DNA of 32,000 nucleotides from an uncultured archaeon (lineage in GTDB: Archaea > Iainarchaeota > Iainarchaeia > Iainarchaeales > DATDZZ01): NCBI GenBank assembly GCA_964373795.1, contig CAYJVY010000006.1:60001-92000 (forward strand), written 5' to 3'. Below the pieces are notes generated by a model. That model was not told the DNA's origin and did not search any database. It saw only the letters and a list, made by a program, of their open reading frames with translations. A program made the translations under genes and the position numbers. Positions 31,105-32,000 of this stretch are shown here, in pieces (position 1 is the first letter of the stretch; each line of letters begins with the position of its first letter).

Positions 31105-31846
31105 TTAAGTTGAAGGCCCTGTTCCTGTGCGCCAGTTAGTTTCTCCTTTTGGACGCCAAAAATCTTCATCTTTAAATCCCCCATCAGAAGTTCCAGTGCG
31201 AATTTTTTTTCTTTCAATTGGATTGCCTTTTGAATCTTCTTTCCAAGCCCATTCTCCATCAATTTTCCAAGGCTTTGAAGTTGGCTCTGGACAAATTTCT
31301 TGACCATGTCTTTCAAACTCTGTTTCTATGAATTGATCAAATTCTTGTGATTTATCATTTGTTACTTGATGTCCTGTAACATATCCACAAGGAATAGTTG
31401 GAGAAGTTACTTCTAATAAACAAGCACTTGGAATTTCAGGAGGAGATGGAAAAGGGAACTCAAAAACTCCATTTACTGCATTCATTTTAGTTGGTAAGAC
31501 AGGGCATTTTGTGTTATATTCAAAAACTTTCAAGTTTATTTCATCGTTTGCATTAGAAATTAATTTACAATCAGAGTCAACTATGTGAAAAATGGCAATC
31601 CTCTTCAGTTGGAGTAAAATTTTCTTCACTTGTATCTGTTTTTGGATTTGTTTCTGATGAAAGATTGTCTTCTTTGCTTGAAAAATCTTTTCCTGAAACA
31701 GGTTTATCTGAATCGACAGCAGGTTTATCTTGTTTAGAAATTTTATTAGTTATGCTATCCAAGAGGTCAGGTGAAAGTGATTGGTTAATACAACCAGTTA
31801 AAAAAATTAATACAAAGATTAGTGCAATGAATAAAATTTTTTGCAT
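31105..31846 (-). pseudogene. Lipoprotein gene split by a frameshift at a T5 run (tracked as ORFs 31577-31846 and 31105-31629)
   Basis: The upstream ORF has a signal peptide and lipobox, MQKILFIALIFVLIFLTGC, plus an acidic linker. It ends ..TEEDCHFSHS*, while the downstream frame continues ..AIFHIVDSDCKLISN. Removing one T from the minus-strand run at 31588-31592 joins them as ..EEDCHFHIVDSDCK.. Confidence 0.55.
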
Positions 31847-31884
31847 GAAATTAAATGGAAAAAGAAGTATTTAATTATTGCTGC

Positions 31885-32000
31885 TTATTTTGTGGGAGTT
31901 GTGCCAATATTTGCAATGATTGGAATAGAGCCTTCAGTTGGAACTAAAACAGTGTTAACTCCGCCTGATTTTTCAAGTGCTTGCAAGTATCTATATGAAA
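31885..32000 (-). CDS. C-terminal end of a gene running off the window, possibly an SPFH/band-7 (stomatin-like) protein
   Basis: Hand translation gives ..SYRYLQALEKSGGVNTVLVPTEGSIPIIANIGTTPTK* with the stop at 31887-31885. The RYLQALEK...VLVP pattern resembles stomatin C-termini. Only 38 residues are visible. Confidence 0.3.
   Translation of the reverse strand, partial: SYRYLQALEKSGGVNTVLVPTEGSIPIIANIGTTPTK

Overview
This is a very AT-rich 32-kb segment that reads as the chromosome of a small-genome archaeon, most likely DPANN-type. The supporting signals are a short archaeal-type TyrRS, a RibL-type FAD synthetase, a split transketolase and a form III RuBisCO. It also has an Alg14/Alg13-type split glycosyltransferase, tRNAs without encoded CCA, and TATA-like boxes about 25 nt upstream of many ATGs. 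Core content includes tyrS, cysS, tRNA-Ser(GCU), tRNA-Leu(CAA) and form III rbcL. Non-oxidative pentose-phosphate genes sit in two minus-strand clusters: rpiB, a membrane ORF and rpe in one; tal, tktN, an unknown ORF and tktC in the other. Also present are an aminotransferase, an HD hydrolase, a CPA2/RCK antiporter, a CPBP protease, an orphan DNA methyltransferase and several secreted, lipoprotein or vWA surface proteins. Seven things stand out. (1) Ten 11-14-bp repeat units built on the palindrome TGTTAACA lie upstream of tRNA-Ser, and one more copy lies upstream of tRNA-Leu. (2) A hicAB toxin-antitoxin cassette is bracketed by a perfect 51-bp direct repeat that duplicates the overlapping 3' ends of two convergent housekeeping genes. 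(3) An uncharacterised ORF is translationally coupled between the two halves of split transketolase. (4) A higher-GC mosaic island of about 1.8 kb holds two gene fragments fused head-to-head plus an intact ABC ATPase, and is bracketed by an 11-bp direct repeat. (5) A possible phage-tail-tube-like protein lies next to that island. (6) Seven otherwise unrelated hypothetical proteins all begin with an Arg-rich N-terminal segment. (7) A LysW-like zinc-ribbon protein with an acidic tail lies about 2.6 kb from a RimK/LysX-like ATP-grasp ORF. No rRNA, CRISPR array, transposase or integrase was recognised. All functional calls come from motif recognition by eye, with no database search.
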